DNA of 64,000 nucleotides, from positions 26,783-90,782 of the forward strand of contig JAZRSC010000014.1 of the NCBI GenBank assembly GCA_045651285.1. The letters run 5' to 3'. Made by a program: the position numbers and the translations under genes. Under the pieces are notes generated by a model that made no database searches, was not told the DNA's origin, and saw only the letters and a program-made list of their open reading frames with translations. Shown piece after piece: positions 1 to 9,853 of the stretch; position 1 is the stretch's first letter; each line of letters starts with the position of its first letter. Source of the stretch: Acutalibacteraceae bacterium. GTDB lineage: Bacteria; Bacillota; Clostridia; Oscillospirales; Acutalibacteraceae.

Positions 1-862
1 TTATAAATCTTACCGCCGAAACGCAGAAATTTAAATATTCTTTTAAACTTGCGTTATCTTCATAAACAGAACTGCTTAAATGTCTGAAAATTATGTAAGA
101 AAGAATTTTTGAATAAATCTTATTGCCGTTTGTCGTTTCGTCAAACGGCTTTTCTTTTTCTAAATAATCGCAAATGTTATCTTTCAAAAAATTAAAATAT
201 TCAGTCCATTCGATGTTTATCGGTTCAGTTTCTTCGTATCTTGCTAAAATTGCACCATCACTGTCAAATACAATTTTTTCATTTGTTGCTTCTTCAACTA
301 TTTGTTTGAGAGAGTTAATCTTACAATCAAAGCTTATATTACTGTTGAGAATTTCAAATATCTTCGCTCTGAGAATATAAAGTGCAATATAGTCCTCGTG
401 TACACTTTCATCAAGACAAAGGCCTATTGAAATCTCATCTTCAGGTACAATTTCCGTTACATATTCTAAAGGCTTCTCTGTTTCTAATAGCAGTCTGCAC
501 ACTTCTTCGCAACAAAGCCCCAGACCACACTCTATTGATTCGGAAAATTCGTTATAAAATCGAGGATGTTCAGTGCAGATACCACAAAGCAACTCTTCAC
601 CACAATTTATAATAATATCACAAAGATTATTTTTATTAAGAAACGGACAACGCTCATTTTCATCAAGCTTAAAGCAAGTAGAACCAGCATCATCTTTCAC
701 TAAATTTGCCCTTATCTTTTCGCCAAAACCACCTTTCATATTATTATATTTTTCTCTTGTTTCTCTATCTACAACAATTTCCCAACCTACACAACAAGAG
801 TCATTACATTTATCTGCAATACACTTAAAATCTTTATAAAAGCCTGGTCTTGTTACTACCAT
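1..862 (-). CDS. FliB-family flagellin lysine-N-methylase-like Cys-rich protein (N-terminal part; C-terminus lies beyond the window start)
   Basis: Absent from the ORF track because it runs off the window. My minus-strand translation from ATG 862-860 reads MVVTRPGFYKDFKCIADKCNDSCCVGWEIVVDRETREKYNNMKGG...CFKLDENERCPFLNKNNLCDIIINCGEELLCGICTEHPRF with no stop down to position 1. The FxCxxxxCxxxCCxGWxIxxD motif plus a second Cys cluster is the YkgJ/CxxCxxCC signature seen in FliB. Confidence 0.55.
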   Translation of the reverse strand, partial: MVVTRPGFYKDFKCIADKCNDSCCVGWEIVVDRETREKYNNMKGGFGEKIRANLVKDDAGSTCFKLDENERCPFLNKNNLCDIIINCGEELLCGICTEHPRFYNEFSESIECGLGLCCEEVCRLLLETEKPLEYVTEIVPEDEISIGLCLDESVHEDYIALYILRAKIFEILNSNISFDCKINSLKQIVEEATNEKIVFDSDGAILARYEETEPINIEWTEYFNFLKDNICDYLEKEKPFDETTNGNKIYSKILSYIIFRHLSSSVYEDNASLKEYLNFCVSAVRFI

Positions 863-867
863 TTTTC

Positions 868-1548
868 TCACCCGATTTCTATTACTGTAATTTCTTTTTC
901 GTTACACTTAAACTTAACATTGTAATTTTTATAAGAAAGTCCGTAAACTCTCCCTTCGTCACTCTGATACTGTGGCTTCGGGTTAAGCGACAAAATAGAT
1001 ATAATTTCTTCAATATCTTCACTACAAAATTTAATTTTTATAGTTTCAGGAATATTTACTTTTAAAATATCATCTTTGAAATCTTCTGAAAAACCACCCT
1101 TTGCAGTTGGGATAGAATCAACATAAGGTAAATATGGTTTTATATCAAATATAGGTGTACCGTTTACCAAATCAGCACCACTCACTACAAGAATTTTCCC
1201 TTTTTCAGAATTTTTGATTTCTTCTAATTTAACCACAGAAAGTCCTAAATGGTTAGGTCTGAAAGGTGATCGAGTTGCGAATACACCAACTCGTTTGTTA
1301 CCACCTAATTTGGGAGGTCTTACTGTTGGCGACCATTCGCCATTGTTTTCTGAAAAACCCCATATAAGCCACAAATGAGAATATTGTTCTATGTCTCTTA
1401 TTAAATTTTCATCCCTGAATTCTTCACTGAATACAATTTCAGATTTTATTTCTGGTACAAGACCGCTTTGCCTTGGCACTCCAAATTTTTCGTTGTACCC
1501 GTTTTTTATTATTGCTACAGGTTTTATCGAAACTTCCACTTTGGTCAC
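868..1548 (-). CDS. trmO: tRNA (N6-threonylcarbamoyladenosine(37)-N6)-methyltransferase TrmO (TsaA/YaeB family)
   Basis: 226 aa. N-terminal KFGVPRQSGLV...HLWLIWGF...RPPKLGG..VGVFATRSPFRPNHLGLSVVKL...DLVNGTPIFDIKPY is the typical TsaA/YaeB beta-barrel core. Confidence 0.8.
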   Translation of the reverse strand: MTKVEVSIKPVAIIKNGYNEKFGVPRQSGLVPEIKSEIVFSEEFRDENLIRDIEQYSHLWLIWGFSENNGEWSPTVRPPKLGGNKRVGVFATRSPFRPNHLGLSVVKLEEIKNSEKGKILVVSGADLVNGTPIFDIKPYLPYVDSIPTAKGGFSEDFKDDILKVNIPETIKIKFCSEDIEEIISILSLNPKPQYQSDEGRVYGLSYKNYNVKFKCNEKEITVIEIG

Positions 1549-1734
1549 CTTCTATCACTTTCAAATCCATCTTATATTTTATAACACAAAACAGATTTTT
1601 CGTCAATTTTAGTTTGAAATGTTAATTTTTTTCGTATTAACTGTTGATTTTATGTATAGTTTTATAGTACAATACTATATATAAATAAAAATAGGTTAGT
1701 TCTGCTTTTTTGCAGAACTGGGTTGGAGGAAGTT

Positions 1735-2877
1735 ATGTTAAGCAAAATCAAGGAATTTCTTATTTCTACATTCTTTTACGCGGGTATTACCCCTGAAGAA
1801 TACGATTCTATAAGGTCAGCAAGAGAAGAAAAAAACAGGGGTATTCTCTTCGTTACTTCTGGTCTGGGAACTGTTGTATTCCTTGCACTTTTAATAATGT
1901 CACTTTTTGAAGACTCTTATAGTCGTAACACATTCTTGTATGGAGCGCTTTTTGTTTGCGAAGTGTTAGTGTTGTTCTTTGCCTGGAAGTTTCTCCCTCA
2001 AAAACCAGACTATACCACAGCAATAACCTATATATCAATATTCGCAATTTTTGCTTACGCAATTATTTTAGGTACATTTAACAGTCCAACAATTACAAGT
2101 ACAACTTTCTGCGTATTCTTAATTGCAATCCCTATGATAATAATAGACAGACCTTGGAGACTTATTATTTTCAATGCAGCACAAGTTGTAATTTTCTGCC
2201 TTTGCAGTAATTATGTAAAAGAGTGGGATGTCGCTTCCGTTGACATTTTAAATGCAGTAAGTTTCTTTTTCCTCGGTGCAGTTCTTAACACATATATGAT
2301 TAGAACAAAAGCAAAAGAGCTTACTTTAAGAAGATATATTGAACACGACAGAGATACCGACCCGCTTACACTTCTTTACAATAAAGCTGCAGTCGGAAGA
2401 GAGATTTCAAAACACATAAACGAAGGTGGCACGGGTGTATTTATGTTTGTTGACCTTGACAATTTCAAGAAAGTCAATGACACTTATGGTCACGCAATGG
2501 GTGACGATGTTCTTCACGAGTTTGGTGACTGTGTTCGCAGAATTTTCCGTCATACCGATATTTTAGGTCGTTTTGGCGGTGACGAGTTCATAATCTTCCT
2601 TCCTCATCCTATTGACGATGATATTGTTTCAACCCGTGCACAAGACCTTCTTGACCTTATGAATGAAACAATCAAAATTGAAGATGATTCTATAGATTTC
2701 CACGCAAGTATAGGTATTGCTAAATGCCCGGAAAATGGTGCAACTTATGAAGATGTAATGGAAAAAGCAGACCAGGCTCTTTACTACTCAAAGAAAAATG
2801 GTAAAAATATGTATATGTATTATGAAAATCTTCCTGAAGAATACTTAAAATCTTTAGAACAACCAGAGGTTAAATAA
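1735..2877 (+). CDS. membrane-bound diguanylate cyclase (GGDEF domain)
   Basis: Hydrophobic N-terminal half with several TM segments. The C-terminal half has DLDNFKKVNDTYGH and RHTDILGRFGGDEF, i.e. an RxxD I-site five residues before an intact GGDEF. I prefer the ATG at 1735 (GGAGGAAG RBS at 1725-1732) over the TTG at 1723 used by the track. Confidence 0.85.
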   Translation: MLSKIKEFLISTFFYAGITPEEYDSIRSAREEKNRGILFVTSGLGTVVFLALLIMSLFEDSYSRNTFLYGALFVCEVLVLFFAWKFLPQKPDYTTAITYISIFAIFAYAIILGTFNSPTITSTTFCVFLIAIPMIIIDRPWRLIIFNAAQVVIFCLCSNYVKEWDVASVDILNAVSFFFLGAVLNTYMIRTKAKELTLRRYIEHDRDTDPLTLLYNKAAVGREISKHINEGGTGVFMFVDLDNFKKVNDTYGHAMGDDVLHEFGDCVRRIFRHTDILGRFGGDEFIIFLPHPIDDDIVSTRAQDLLDLMNETIKIEDDSIDFHASIGIAKCPENGATYEDVMEKADQALYYSKKNGKNMYMYYENLPEEYLKSLEQPEVK

Positions 2878-2906
2878 TATAATTTTGATTTATAGAGGCG
2901 ATTTTT

Positions 2907-3437
2907 TTGAATATCTGGCACGATATAAACCCTGAACGGATTTCCCGCTCATCTTATGCGGCAGTTATAGAAATAAGTAAAGGTAGTAAAATGAAATATG
3001 AACTCGACAAAGAAACAGGTCTTTTAAGACTTGACAGAGTTCTTTATACTTCTACACACTACCCTGCTAACTACGGATTTATTCCACGCACTTTTGCAAA
3101 AGACAATGACCCTTTAGATGTTCTTGTGCTTTGTTCAGAACAAATTCAACCTATGTCAATAGTTGAGTGTTACCCTATTGGTGTTATTACAATGCTTGAT
3201 AACGGTGCCCCCGACGATAAGATTATTTCTATACCATTCAATGACCCGACTTATAACACCTATAAGGATATAAGCCAGTTACCCGCTCATGTTTTTGATG
3301 AAATGAAGCATTTCTTTTCTGTTTACAAAACTCTTGAAGAAAAAGAAACTGCAATTGATGAAGTTCGTGGTGTTTTAGATGCGGTTTCAATTATAGAAGA
3401 TGCAATTATTGCATACAACGAGAAATTTGCAAAATAA
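2907..3437 (+). CDS. ppa: family I inorganic pyrophosphatase
   Basis: 176 aa with YAAVIEISKGSKMKYELDKETG, YPANYGFIPRT and DNDPLDVLVL, the classical soluble PPase motifs. TTG start. Confidence 0.85.
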   Translation: MNIWHDINPERISRSSYAAVIEISKGSKMKYELDKETGLLRLDRVLYTSTHYPANYGFIPRTFAKDNDPLDVLVLCSEQIQPMSIVECYPIGVITMLDNGAPDDKIISIPFNDPTYNTYKDISQLPAHVFDEMKHFFSVYKTLEEKETAIDEVRGVLDAVSIIEDAIIAYNEKFAK

Positions 3438-3450
3438 GTGAGAGATTATT

Positions 3451-5850
3451 ATGGCATTTATAAATTTTGAAAATGGTTTATACATTGTCGGTAGCGACTT
3501 CAAAATCCGTTATGCAAACGATACCCTGAAAGAATTTTTCCCTAAAGTTGTTGAAGGATGTCTTTGTTATAACGCTATAGTTGACCGCGACGAGCCTTGC
3601 ACATTTTGCCCTATCGCACAAAAACTTGAAAAAGGCAGACTTTTATTTAATTCATCTAACTTCTGCCGATACGGTGCAGCTTTTACAAATATTAATACCC
3701 CAGAATTCAAAGATTGCTATTCTGTAATGGTACAACAAATTGCCAGTCCTGAAATGCTTCAGAAATTAGATTCTGACCAGATGCAAGCACTTTTAATGCA
3801 ACAAAAAGAGCTACAAAACAGAAACTTTGTTATAGAAATACTTTCTGCTGAATACGAAATCATTTATTTTGTTTGTGAAGAAAACGGCATTTTCAAATGC
3901 TCAAAGTATTACGACCAGAAGGGTACGAATTCTTTTGAAACTGGCGATTTGACAATTTCGAGTTACGATGAACTTCTTTCAAATTATGCCGCTCGTCATA
4001 TTCACAAAGATGACAGAGCTATGTTTTTAGAAGAAACTCAATTATCAAATGTTCGTAAGTGTATTTTCAAAGAAAACAACATTTTTGAATTAAATTACCG
4101 AGAATGTCTCAATGATGTTGTAAAATACATGCAAATAAGATTTATCCCAATAAAAGCAGAAGATTCTGTAAATGTTATTATCGCTTTCCGTTGCATTGAT
4201 AACATTGTTGAACAAGAATTAGAACAACGCAAAAAAACTGAAGAATTATTAAACAACTCAAATCAACGATTAAGAGTTATTGCAGGTCTTTGTACAGAAT
4301 ATGAGTCGCTTTACTATGTCAATGCAAAAACAGATACCGGCGTTCCTTATATATTATCAGATAATTTCGACGAAGAATTCAAGAAAAATCTTCTTCACGA
4401 AATACCTTACACACCTGCATTTCACGCATATATTGATGTATGCGTTGCACCAAATCAACGCGAATATGTAAAGGCGCAGACTGAGTTAAAATCTGTTACT
4501 AACAGATTAAAAGAAACTCCTTGTTTCAGAATTAATTACGAAGTGCCTTATGAAGGAAAAATCCTTCATTATCAGATTTATATTGCACGAATTGGTGAAC
4601 CCCATGAACAAGTGTGGGCATTCAAGAGTATTGAAGAAACTGTTGAAGAACAATTAAAACAACACAAAATTCTTCTTGATGCTCTCAATCAGGCCAAAAA
4701 AGCAGAAACTGCAAAATCTAATTTTCTTTTCAATATGTCGCACGATATCCGTACACCCATGAATGCAATTTTAGGTTTCAACACTATTGCAGAAAAGAAT
4801 ATTGATAATAAAGAAATTGCCCTTGACGCACTCAAAAAAGCAAAACACTCTGGTGAACATATGTTGAGCATTATAAACAACGTGCTTGATATGGCGAGAA
4901 TTGGCAGTGGTAAACTTGAACTTAATCGTGAAGTTGTAAATTTCCCTGAATTAGTAGAAAAGCTCAAAGAAATGTTTGTTCACGATATGGCTCAAAAAGA
5001 CATTACATTTAATACACAGTTCAACATCAAAACTACTATGATTTATAGTGATTCATTAAGGATTTCACAAATAATCATCAACCTTTTAAGTAACGCATTA
5101 AAATTCACTCATAGTGGTGGTTCAATAACTTTCCAGGTTTCAGAAATGAAATCATCTGATGAGAGAGTTTATTATCAGGTAAGAATTGAAGACACTGGTG
5201 TTGGTATGAGCGAAGAATTCCAGAAACATCTTTTCAATGCTTTTGAGCGTGAGCAAACTGCTACTCAGAGCGGCGTTCAAGGTACAGGCTTAGGTCTTGC
5301 TATTACGAGAAATCTTGTCAACCTTTTAGGTGGTTCACTTACATATAATAGTATGGTTGGTGTTGGTACAGAATTTACTTTCACCTTCAAAGCAGAAAAA
5401 GCAGACGCAAAAGACATCAAAGAAAAACATGAAACATCATTATTACCAGAACTTAAAGGAAAAAGAATTCTTGTAGTCGAAGACAATATGATTAACCGTG
5501 AAATTGCCCGTGAGCTTCTTGAAGATGAAGGATTTGTTATTGAGGAAGCTGAAGATGGTACTGTTGCGGTTTCTATACTTGAATCAAAAGAAAAAGGTTA
5601 CTATGAATTCGTACTTATGGATATTCAGATGCCTATTATGAATGGTTACACCGCAACAAGAAAAATCCGTGCTTCTGATAATACAGATATTGCAGATATC
5701 CCAATTATTGCTATGACTGCAAATGCATTCAGCGAAGACAAGAAAAATGCTTTTGATGCTGGTATGAATGAGCATGTCGCAAAACCTCTTGATATTGATA
5801 TTCTCATTAAAACACTTAACAAAGTCTATGAGGAAACTCACAACAAATAA
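3451..5850 (+). CDS. hybrid sensor histidine kinase / response regulator
   Basis: 799 aa. HisKA H-box FLFNMSHDIRTPMNAILGF. HATPase N/G boxes (INLLSNALKFT, DTGVGM, GTGLGLAI). C-terminal receiver (RILVVEDNMINREI...VLMDIQMPIMNG...AMTANA...KP). Confidence 0.85.
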   Translation: MAFINFENGLYIVGSDFKIRYANDTLKEFFPKVVEGCLCYNAIVDRDEPCTFCPIAQKLEKGRLLFNSSNFCRYGAAFTNINTPEFKDCYSVMVQQIASPEMLQKLDSDQMQALLMQQKELQNRNFVIEILSAEYEIIYFVCEENGIFKCSKYYDQKGTNSFETGDLTISSYDELLSNYAARHIHKDDRAMFLEETQLSNVRKCIFKENNIFELNYRECLNDVVKYMQIRFIPIKAEDSVNVIIAFRCIDNIVEQELEQRKKTEELLNNSNQRLRVIAGLCTEYESLYYVNAKTDTGVPYILSDNFDEEFKKNLLHEIPYTPAFHAYIDVCVAPNQREYVKAQTELKSVTNRLKETPCFRINYEVPYEGKILHYQIYIARIGEPHEQVWAFKSIEETVEEQLKQHKILLDALNQAKKAETAKSNFLFNMSHDIRTPMNAILGFNTIAEKNIDNKEIALDALKKAKHSGEHMLSIINNVLDMARIGSGKLELNREVVNFPELVEKLKEMFVHDMAQKDITFNTQFNIKTTMIYSDSLRISQIIINLLSNALKFTHSGGSITFQVSEMKSSDERVYYQVRIEDTGVGMSEEFQKHLFNAFEREQTATQSGVQGTGLGLAITRNLVNLLGGSLTYNSMVGVGTEFTFTFKAEKADAKDIKEKHETSLLPELKGKRILVVEDNMINREIARELLEDEGFVIEEAEDGTVAVSILESKEKGYYEFVLMDIQMPIMNGYTATRKIRASDNTDIADIPIIAMTANAFSEDKKNAFDAGMNEHVAKPLDIDILIKTLNKVYEETHNK

Positions 5851-5864
5851 ATTTTAATAAAAAA

Positions 5865-5897
5865 CAGAAAAATCTTTTTAGATTTTTCTGTTTTTTT
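5865..5897 (+). terminator. intrinsic terminator after the hybrid kinase
   Basis: CAGAAAAATC-TTTTTA-GATTTTTCTG followed by TTTTTTT. Confidence 0.6.
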
Positions 5898-5932
5898 GTT
5901 ATTTTCAGGGCAATATAATTCTGGTGATAATT

Positions 5933-6949
5933 ATGCCAAAAAGAATTGGAAGATATACTATATTTTTAGAAAACAAACCAAGCATTATAGGTAACGCCGC
6001 AGTTGTAGGAAAAAAAGAAGGCGAAGGACCATTAGCACAGGAATTCGATAAAATTCACGAAGATGAATTTCTGGGCAAAGAAACATTTGAAAAAGCAGAA
6101 AGTGAATTAGTAAAAGATGCGGTAACCCGTGCTTTATTTAAAGCAGATGAAAAACCAGAAGACATTGACTGTTGTTTTTCAGGTGACCTTTTAAACCAAT
6201 GTATTGGTTCATCTTTTGGTCTTAGAGAATTTGGTATGCCATTTTCAGGGCTTTATGGTGCTTGTTCTACAATGGCACTTTCTTTAGCACTTTCTGCAAC
6301 TCTTATCGATTCAGGTGCATTGCAAAGTGCAGTTGCCTCTACCTCTTCACACTTCTGTTCTGCTGAGAGACAATACAGGAACCCGCTTGAATACGGTGGA
6401 CAACGACCACCCGCTGCACAATGGACTGTTACCGGCGCAGGCGCGGCAGTGTTAAAAAATGCTGTACCAGGTAATCCGCGTGTAAATGCGGTAATCTTTG
6501 GTAAAATCCGTGATTTAGGTATCACTGATGTAAATAATATGGGGGCTGCAATGGCACCCGCAGCCGCAGAAACAATCAGTGCATTTTTAAACGATACTAA
6601 AACCTCACCCCAAGACTTTGATTTAATTCTTACGGGTGACTTAGGTAAAGTGGGTAGCGACCTTTTAAAAGAATTGCTTATTAAGGAGAATAACATTGAT
6701 ATTTCAGAAGTTCATAATGACTGTGGCATTATGATTTACGATGCCCTGACGCAAGATGTTCACGCAGGTGGTTCTGGTTGTGGTTGCAGTGCAAGTGTCG
6801 TTTGTTCTTATATTATAAATAAGCTTCGCAAAAAAGAACTTAACCGAGTTTTGTTTGTCGGTACAGGTGCACTGCTTTCACCTACTTCATCTTTACAGGG
6901 CGAAAGTGTTCCAGGTATTGCACACGGTGTACTATTAACATCTGATTAG
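5933..6949 (+). CDS. spoVAD: stage V sporulation protein AD (thiolase-fold)
   Basis: IGRYTIFLENKPSIIGNAAVVGKKEGEGPL, GDLLNQCI and SGLYGACST resemble SpoVAD. An ATG at 5933 with a GGTGA RBS gives 338 aa; the track starts at the GTG at 5924. Confidence 0.8.
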   Translation: MPKRIGRYTIFLENKPSIIGNAAVVGKKEGEGPLAQEFDKIHEDEFLGKETFEKAESELVKDAVTRALFKADEKPEDIDCCFSGDLLNQCIGSSFGLREFGMPFSGLYGACSTMALSLALSATLIDSGALQSAVASTSSHFCSAERQYRNPLEYGGQRPPAAQWTVTGAGAAVLKNAVPGNPRVNAVIFGKIRDLGITDVNNMGAAMAPAAAETISAFLNDTKTSPQDFDLILTGDLGKVGSDLLKELLIKENNIDISEVHNDCGIMIYDALTQDVHAGGSGCGCSASVVCSYIINKLRKKELNRVLFVGTGALLSPTSSLQGESVPGIAHGVLLTSD

Positions 6950-6960
6950 GAGAAAATAGA

Positions 6961-7104
6961 ATGAACTATTGCTTAAAGACTTTGAAAAATATTGAAAAAA
7001 TCACAAAAGCATATAAATCAATTTATGTTCTTAAAAAAGTATTATCTGCATTTTTAATTATTTATACCGCAATTAAAGTTGTAACATTTTTCCTCAACAA
7101 ATAA
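6961..7104 (+). CDS. 47-aa hypothetical small membrane protein
   Basis: Below the ORF-track size cutoff. ATG lies 8 nt after an AGGAGA RBS that overlaps the spoVAD stop. Translation: MNYCLKTLKNIEKITKAYKSIYVLKKVLSAFLIIYTAIKVVTFFLNK, with one hydrophobic helix. No recognisable family. Confidence 0.35.
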   Translation: MNYCLKTLKNIEKITKAYKSIYVLKKVLSAFLIIYTAIKVVTFFLNK

Positions 7105-7109
7105 ACTCA

Positions 7110-7144
7110 GGGGATGTAAAAAACGATAAGTTTTTTACATCCCC
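7110..7144. terminator. bidirectional intrinsic terminator (spoVAD unit / fucO)
   Basis: GGGGATGTAAAAAAC-GATAA-GTTTTTTACATCCCC, a 15-bp perfect stem between convergent genes. Confidence 0.6.
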
Positions 7145-7158
7145 GATTATAATAATTA

Positions 7159-8307
7159 TTACATTAAACTCTTATAAAGTTCAACAATTTCTTCAACACT
7201 TGTATCTCTTGGGTTACCCGGTCTGCAAGCATCAGCAAATGCACTTTCTGCAAGGAACTGAACATCTTCTTCCTTAACAATCTCTTTAAGATTTTCCGGA
7301 ATACCAACATCAGTTGCTAATTTTCTGACAGCAGCAACTGCAGCTTTACGAGCACCCTCAACAGTCATATTCTCTGTACCATCTACACCCATTGCCTTAG
7401 CAATATCTCTGTATTTATCACCTGTACATTCTGCATTATATTCCATAACGGTTGGTAAAATGATAGCATTAGCAACACCGTGAGGTGTATCGTAAAGAGC
7501 ACCCAAACCGTGAGCCATACTATGAACAATACCAAGACCAACATTTGAGAATCCCTGACCTGCGATATATTGAGCAAGAGCCATACCTTCTCTGCCTTCT
7601 TCTGTATTTTCACAAGCACCACGAAGATGTTTTGAAATGAGTTCAATCGCTTTAAGATGGAACATATCTGTCATTTCCCACGCTGCTTTTGTAATGTAAC
7701 CTTCAATTGCGTGTGTCAAAGCATCCATACCTGTTGCTGCTGTAAGACCTTTTGGCATTGAAGCCATCATATCAGGGTCAACAACTGCAACTTCCGGAAT
7801 ATCGTGAACATCAACACAAACAAATTTACGTTTTTTCTCAACATCTGTAATAACATAGTTAATTGTAACTTCCGCAGCAGTACCGGCAGTTGTAGGTACT
7901 GCAATTGTAAATGTTGCGTGTTTTTTTGTAGGTGCTACACCTTCAAGACTTCTCACATCAGCAAATTCCGGATTTTCAATGATAATACCGATTGCTTTTG
8001 CAGTATCCATTGCAGAACCACCGCCGATAGCAACAATAGAATCTGCACCTGATTCTTTAAATGCCTTAACACCATCTAAAACATTTTCAATAGTCGGGTT
8101 AGGTTTGATTTCGCTGAAAACAACATAATCAATTTTGTTTTCGTCGAGTATATCTGTCACTTTCTTAGCAACACCAAATTTCAATAAATCAGGGTCTGTG
8201 CAAACAAAAACTTTTTTAAGTGAACGAGCAGTAATTTCTGCAGGTATTTCTTTAATTGCACCTTTACCGTGATAAGATATTGTGTTTAATACGATTCTTT
8301 GAGCCAT
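7159..8307 (-). CDS. fucO: iron-containing alcohol dehydrogenase, lactaldehyde reductase (1,2-propanediol oxidoreductase) type
   Basis: 382 aa, collinear with E. coli FucO as I remember it: NPEFADVRSLEG...PTTAGTAAEVTINYVITD..K.RKFVCVD.HDIP.VA..D.DMM and GVANAILLP.VM.YNA. Confidence 0.85.
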   Translation of the reverse strand: MAQRIVLNTISYHGKGAIKEIPAEITARSLKKVFVCTDPDLLKFGVAKKVTDILDENKIDYVVFSEIKPNPTIENVLDGVKAFKESGADSIVAIGGGSAMDTAKAIGIIIENPEFADVRSLEGVAPTKKHATFTIAVPTTAGTAAEVTINYVITDVEKKRKFVCVDVHDIPEVAVVDPDMMASMPKGLTAATGMDALTHAIEGYITKAAWEMTDMFHLKAIELISKHLRGACENTEEGREGMALAQYIAGQGFSNVGLGIVHSMAHGLGALYDTPHGVANAIILPTVMEYNAECTGDKYRDIAKAMGVDGTENMTVEGARKAAVAAVRKLATDVGIPENLKEIVKEEDVQFLAESAFADACRPGNPRDTSVEEIVELYKSLM

Positions 8308-8507
8308 GGGAAACTCCTCCTTATATTTGCATTTTCAAAATAAATTTTTACACAGATAACTTAAAAGTTATCTAATAATAAAGTACAATATTTTGCCGAC
8401 TTTGTCAAGACTTTAACAAACTTTTTTGGTGTTGTATTTATAAACTATATGTGTTATAATGTTTGTGTATATTTTACTAAATATCAATTCATATATGGAG
8501 ATTTTTT

Positions 8508-9791
8508 ATGGATATACCAAAAATTCTATTAGATAAAGCAACAGAAATTGAAAACATTCTGAAAGAGAAATGTCCTGAAGCAGCGCCATTTTTCAAAAGG
8601 TGTTTTTTGAATACAATCGAAACAACCGTCACCGAGCTTCAGGATGGTAGTTTCTTTGTTATTACGGGTGATATTCCCGCGATGTGGCTTCGCGACAGTG
8701 CAGCACAGGTTAAGCCTTATATCCGTTATGCAAACGAAGATGAAGATTTAAAAGCTATACTTAAAAACATTATAGAGAAACATGCTTTTTATGTTTGTCT
8801 TGACCCATATTCAAATGCTTTTAATGCTAAAGCTAACCCTGACTCTGCAAAAGACGAAACTGACTTTTACCACGAACTTATATGGGAAAGAAAATACGAG
8901 GTTGACTCTTTATGTGCCCCTCTTTATTTAGCCTATGAATATTACCAGACAACTCTTGATGATTCTATTTTCACAGAACAATTCAAAGAAATGCTCTGGA
9001 AAATTTTCGAAACTTTCAAAAAAGAGCAAAATCACTTTACAAATTCCACATATTTCTTTAATCGTAAAGATTGCCCTATAATTGACACATTATCAAATGA
9101 TGGTAAGGGCGAAGATGTTGGCTATACAGGTATGACATGGTCTGGTTTCAGACCTTCAGATGACCGTTGCAAATTAGGTTACTTAGTACCAGCTAATATG
9201 ATGGCAGTCTGCGCTTTGAAAAAGGCGGCAGAAATGGCAAGTATTGGTTACGAAGACACAAAACTCGAAAGTGAATGTCGCTCTCTCGCTTTTGATATAG
9301 ATGAAGGAATAAAAGAATATGGTGTTATTGAAAATGAACGCTATGGCAAAATGTTTGCTTATGAAACTGATGGAAAAGGCAACTATGTTCTTATGGATGA
9401 TGCCAATTCACCCAGCTTACTCTCTGCACCATATTTAGGTTACTTAAAACCAGATAATGAAATTTACCAAAACACACGAAGTTTTATTCTTTCAGGTAAT
9501 AACCCTTGGTATTTTGAAGGTACTGCCGCAAAAGGTGTAGGTAGTCCTCACACAGGACTCGATAAAATATGGCATATTGCACTTTCAATGCAAGCACTTA
9601 CTAGTACCAACAAAGAAGAAGTAAAAGAATGTATCAGGATGCTTACAACCACTGATGCCGGTACAGGTCTTATGCACGAATCATTCAATAAAAATGATGC
9701 TACAAACTTCACAAGACCTTGGTTTGCATGGTCAAACAGTCTTTTTGCAGAACTTTTAATAAGAATTGCAAATGGAAATATAGAAATATAA
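8508..9791 (+). CDS. glycoside hydrolase family 125 (metal-independent alpha-mannosidase, DUF1237)
   Basis: 427 aa. FVITGDIPAMWLRDSAAQV and later MHESF...FTRPWFAWSNSLFAE are the hallmarks I associate with GH125. Confidence 0.7.
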   Translation: MDIPKILLDKATEIENILKEKCPEAAPFFKRCFLNTIETTVTELQDGSFFVITGDIPAMWLRDSAAQVKPYIRYANEDEDLKAILKNIIEKHAFYVCLDPYSNAFNAKANPDSAKDETDFYHELIWERKYEVDSLCAPLYLAYEYYQTTLDDSIFTEQFKEMLWKIFETFKKEQNHFTNSTYFFNRKDCPIIDTLSNDGKGEDVGYTGMTWSGFRPSDDRCKLGYLVPANMMAVCALKKAAEMASIGYEDTKLESECRSLAFDIDEGIKEYGVIENERYGKMFAYETDGKGNYVLMDDANSPSLLSAPYLGYLKPDNEIYQNTRSFILSGNNPWYFEGTAAKGVGSPHTGLDKIWHIALSMQALTSTNKEEVKECIRMLTTTDAGTGLMHESFNKNDATNFTRPWFAWSNSLFAELLIRIANGNIEI

Positions 9792-9809
9792 AATTTATAG
9801 TGACAAAAA

Positions 9810-9841
9810 CAGTCTACGGAAATTCCGTAGACTGTTTTTTA
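9810..9841. terminator. bidirectional intrinsic terminator (GH125 / dockerin protein)
   Basis: CAGTCTACGGA-AAT-TCCGTAGACTG flanked by an A-run and a T-run. Confidence 0.6.
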
Positions 9842-9853
9842 ATGTTTTTAAAA

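Noticed and set aside
174-839. Three plus-strand track ORFs (174-380, 382-612, 573-839).
   Set aside because: They lie antisense to an open minus-strand frame (1-862) with a clear FliB/YkgJ Cys-cluster signature, and their translations are low-complexity.
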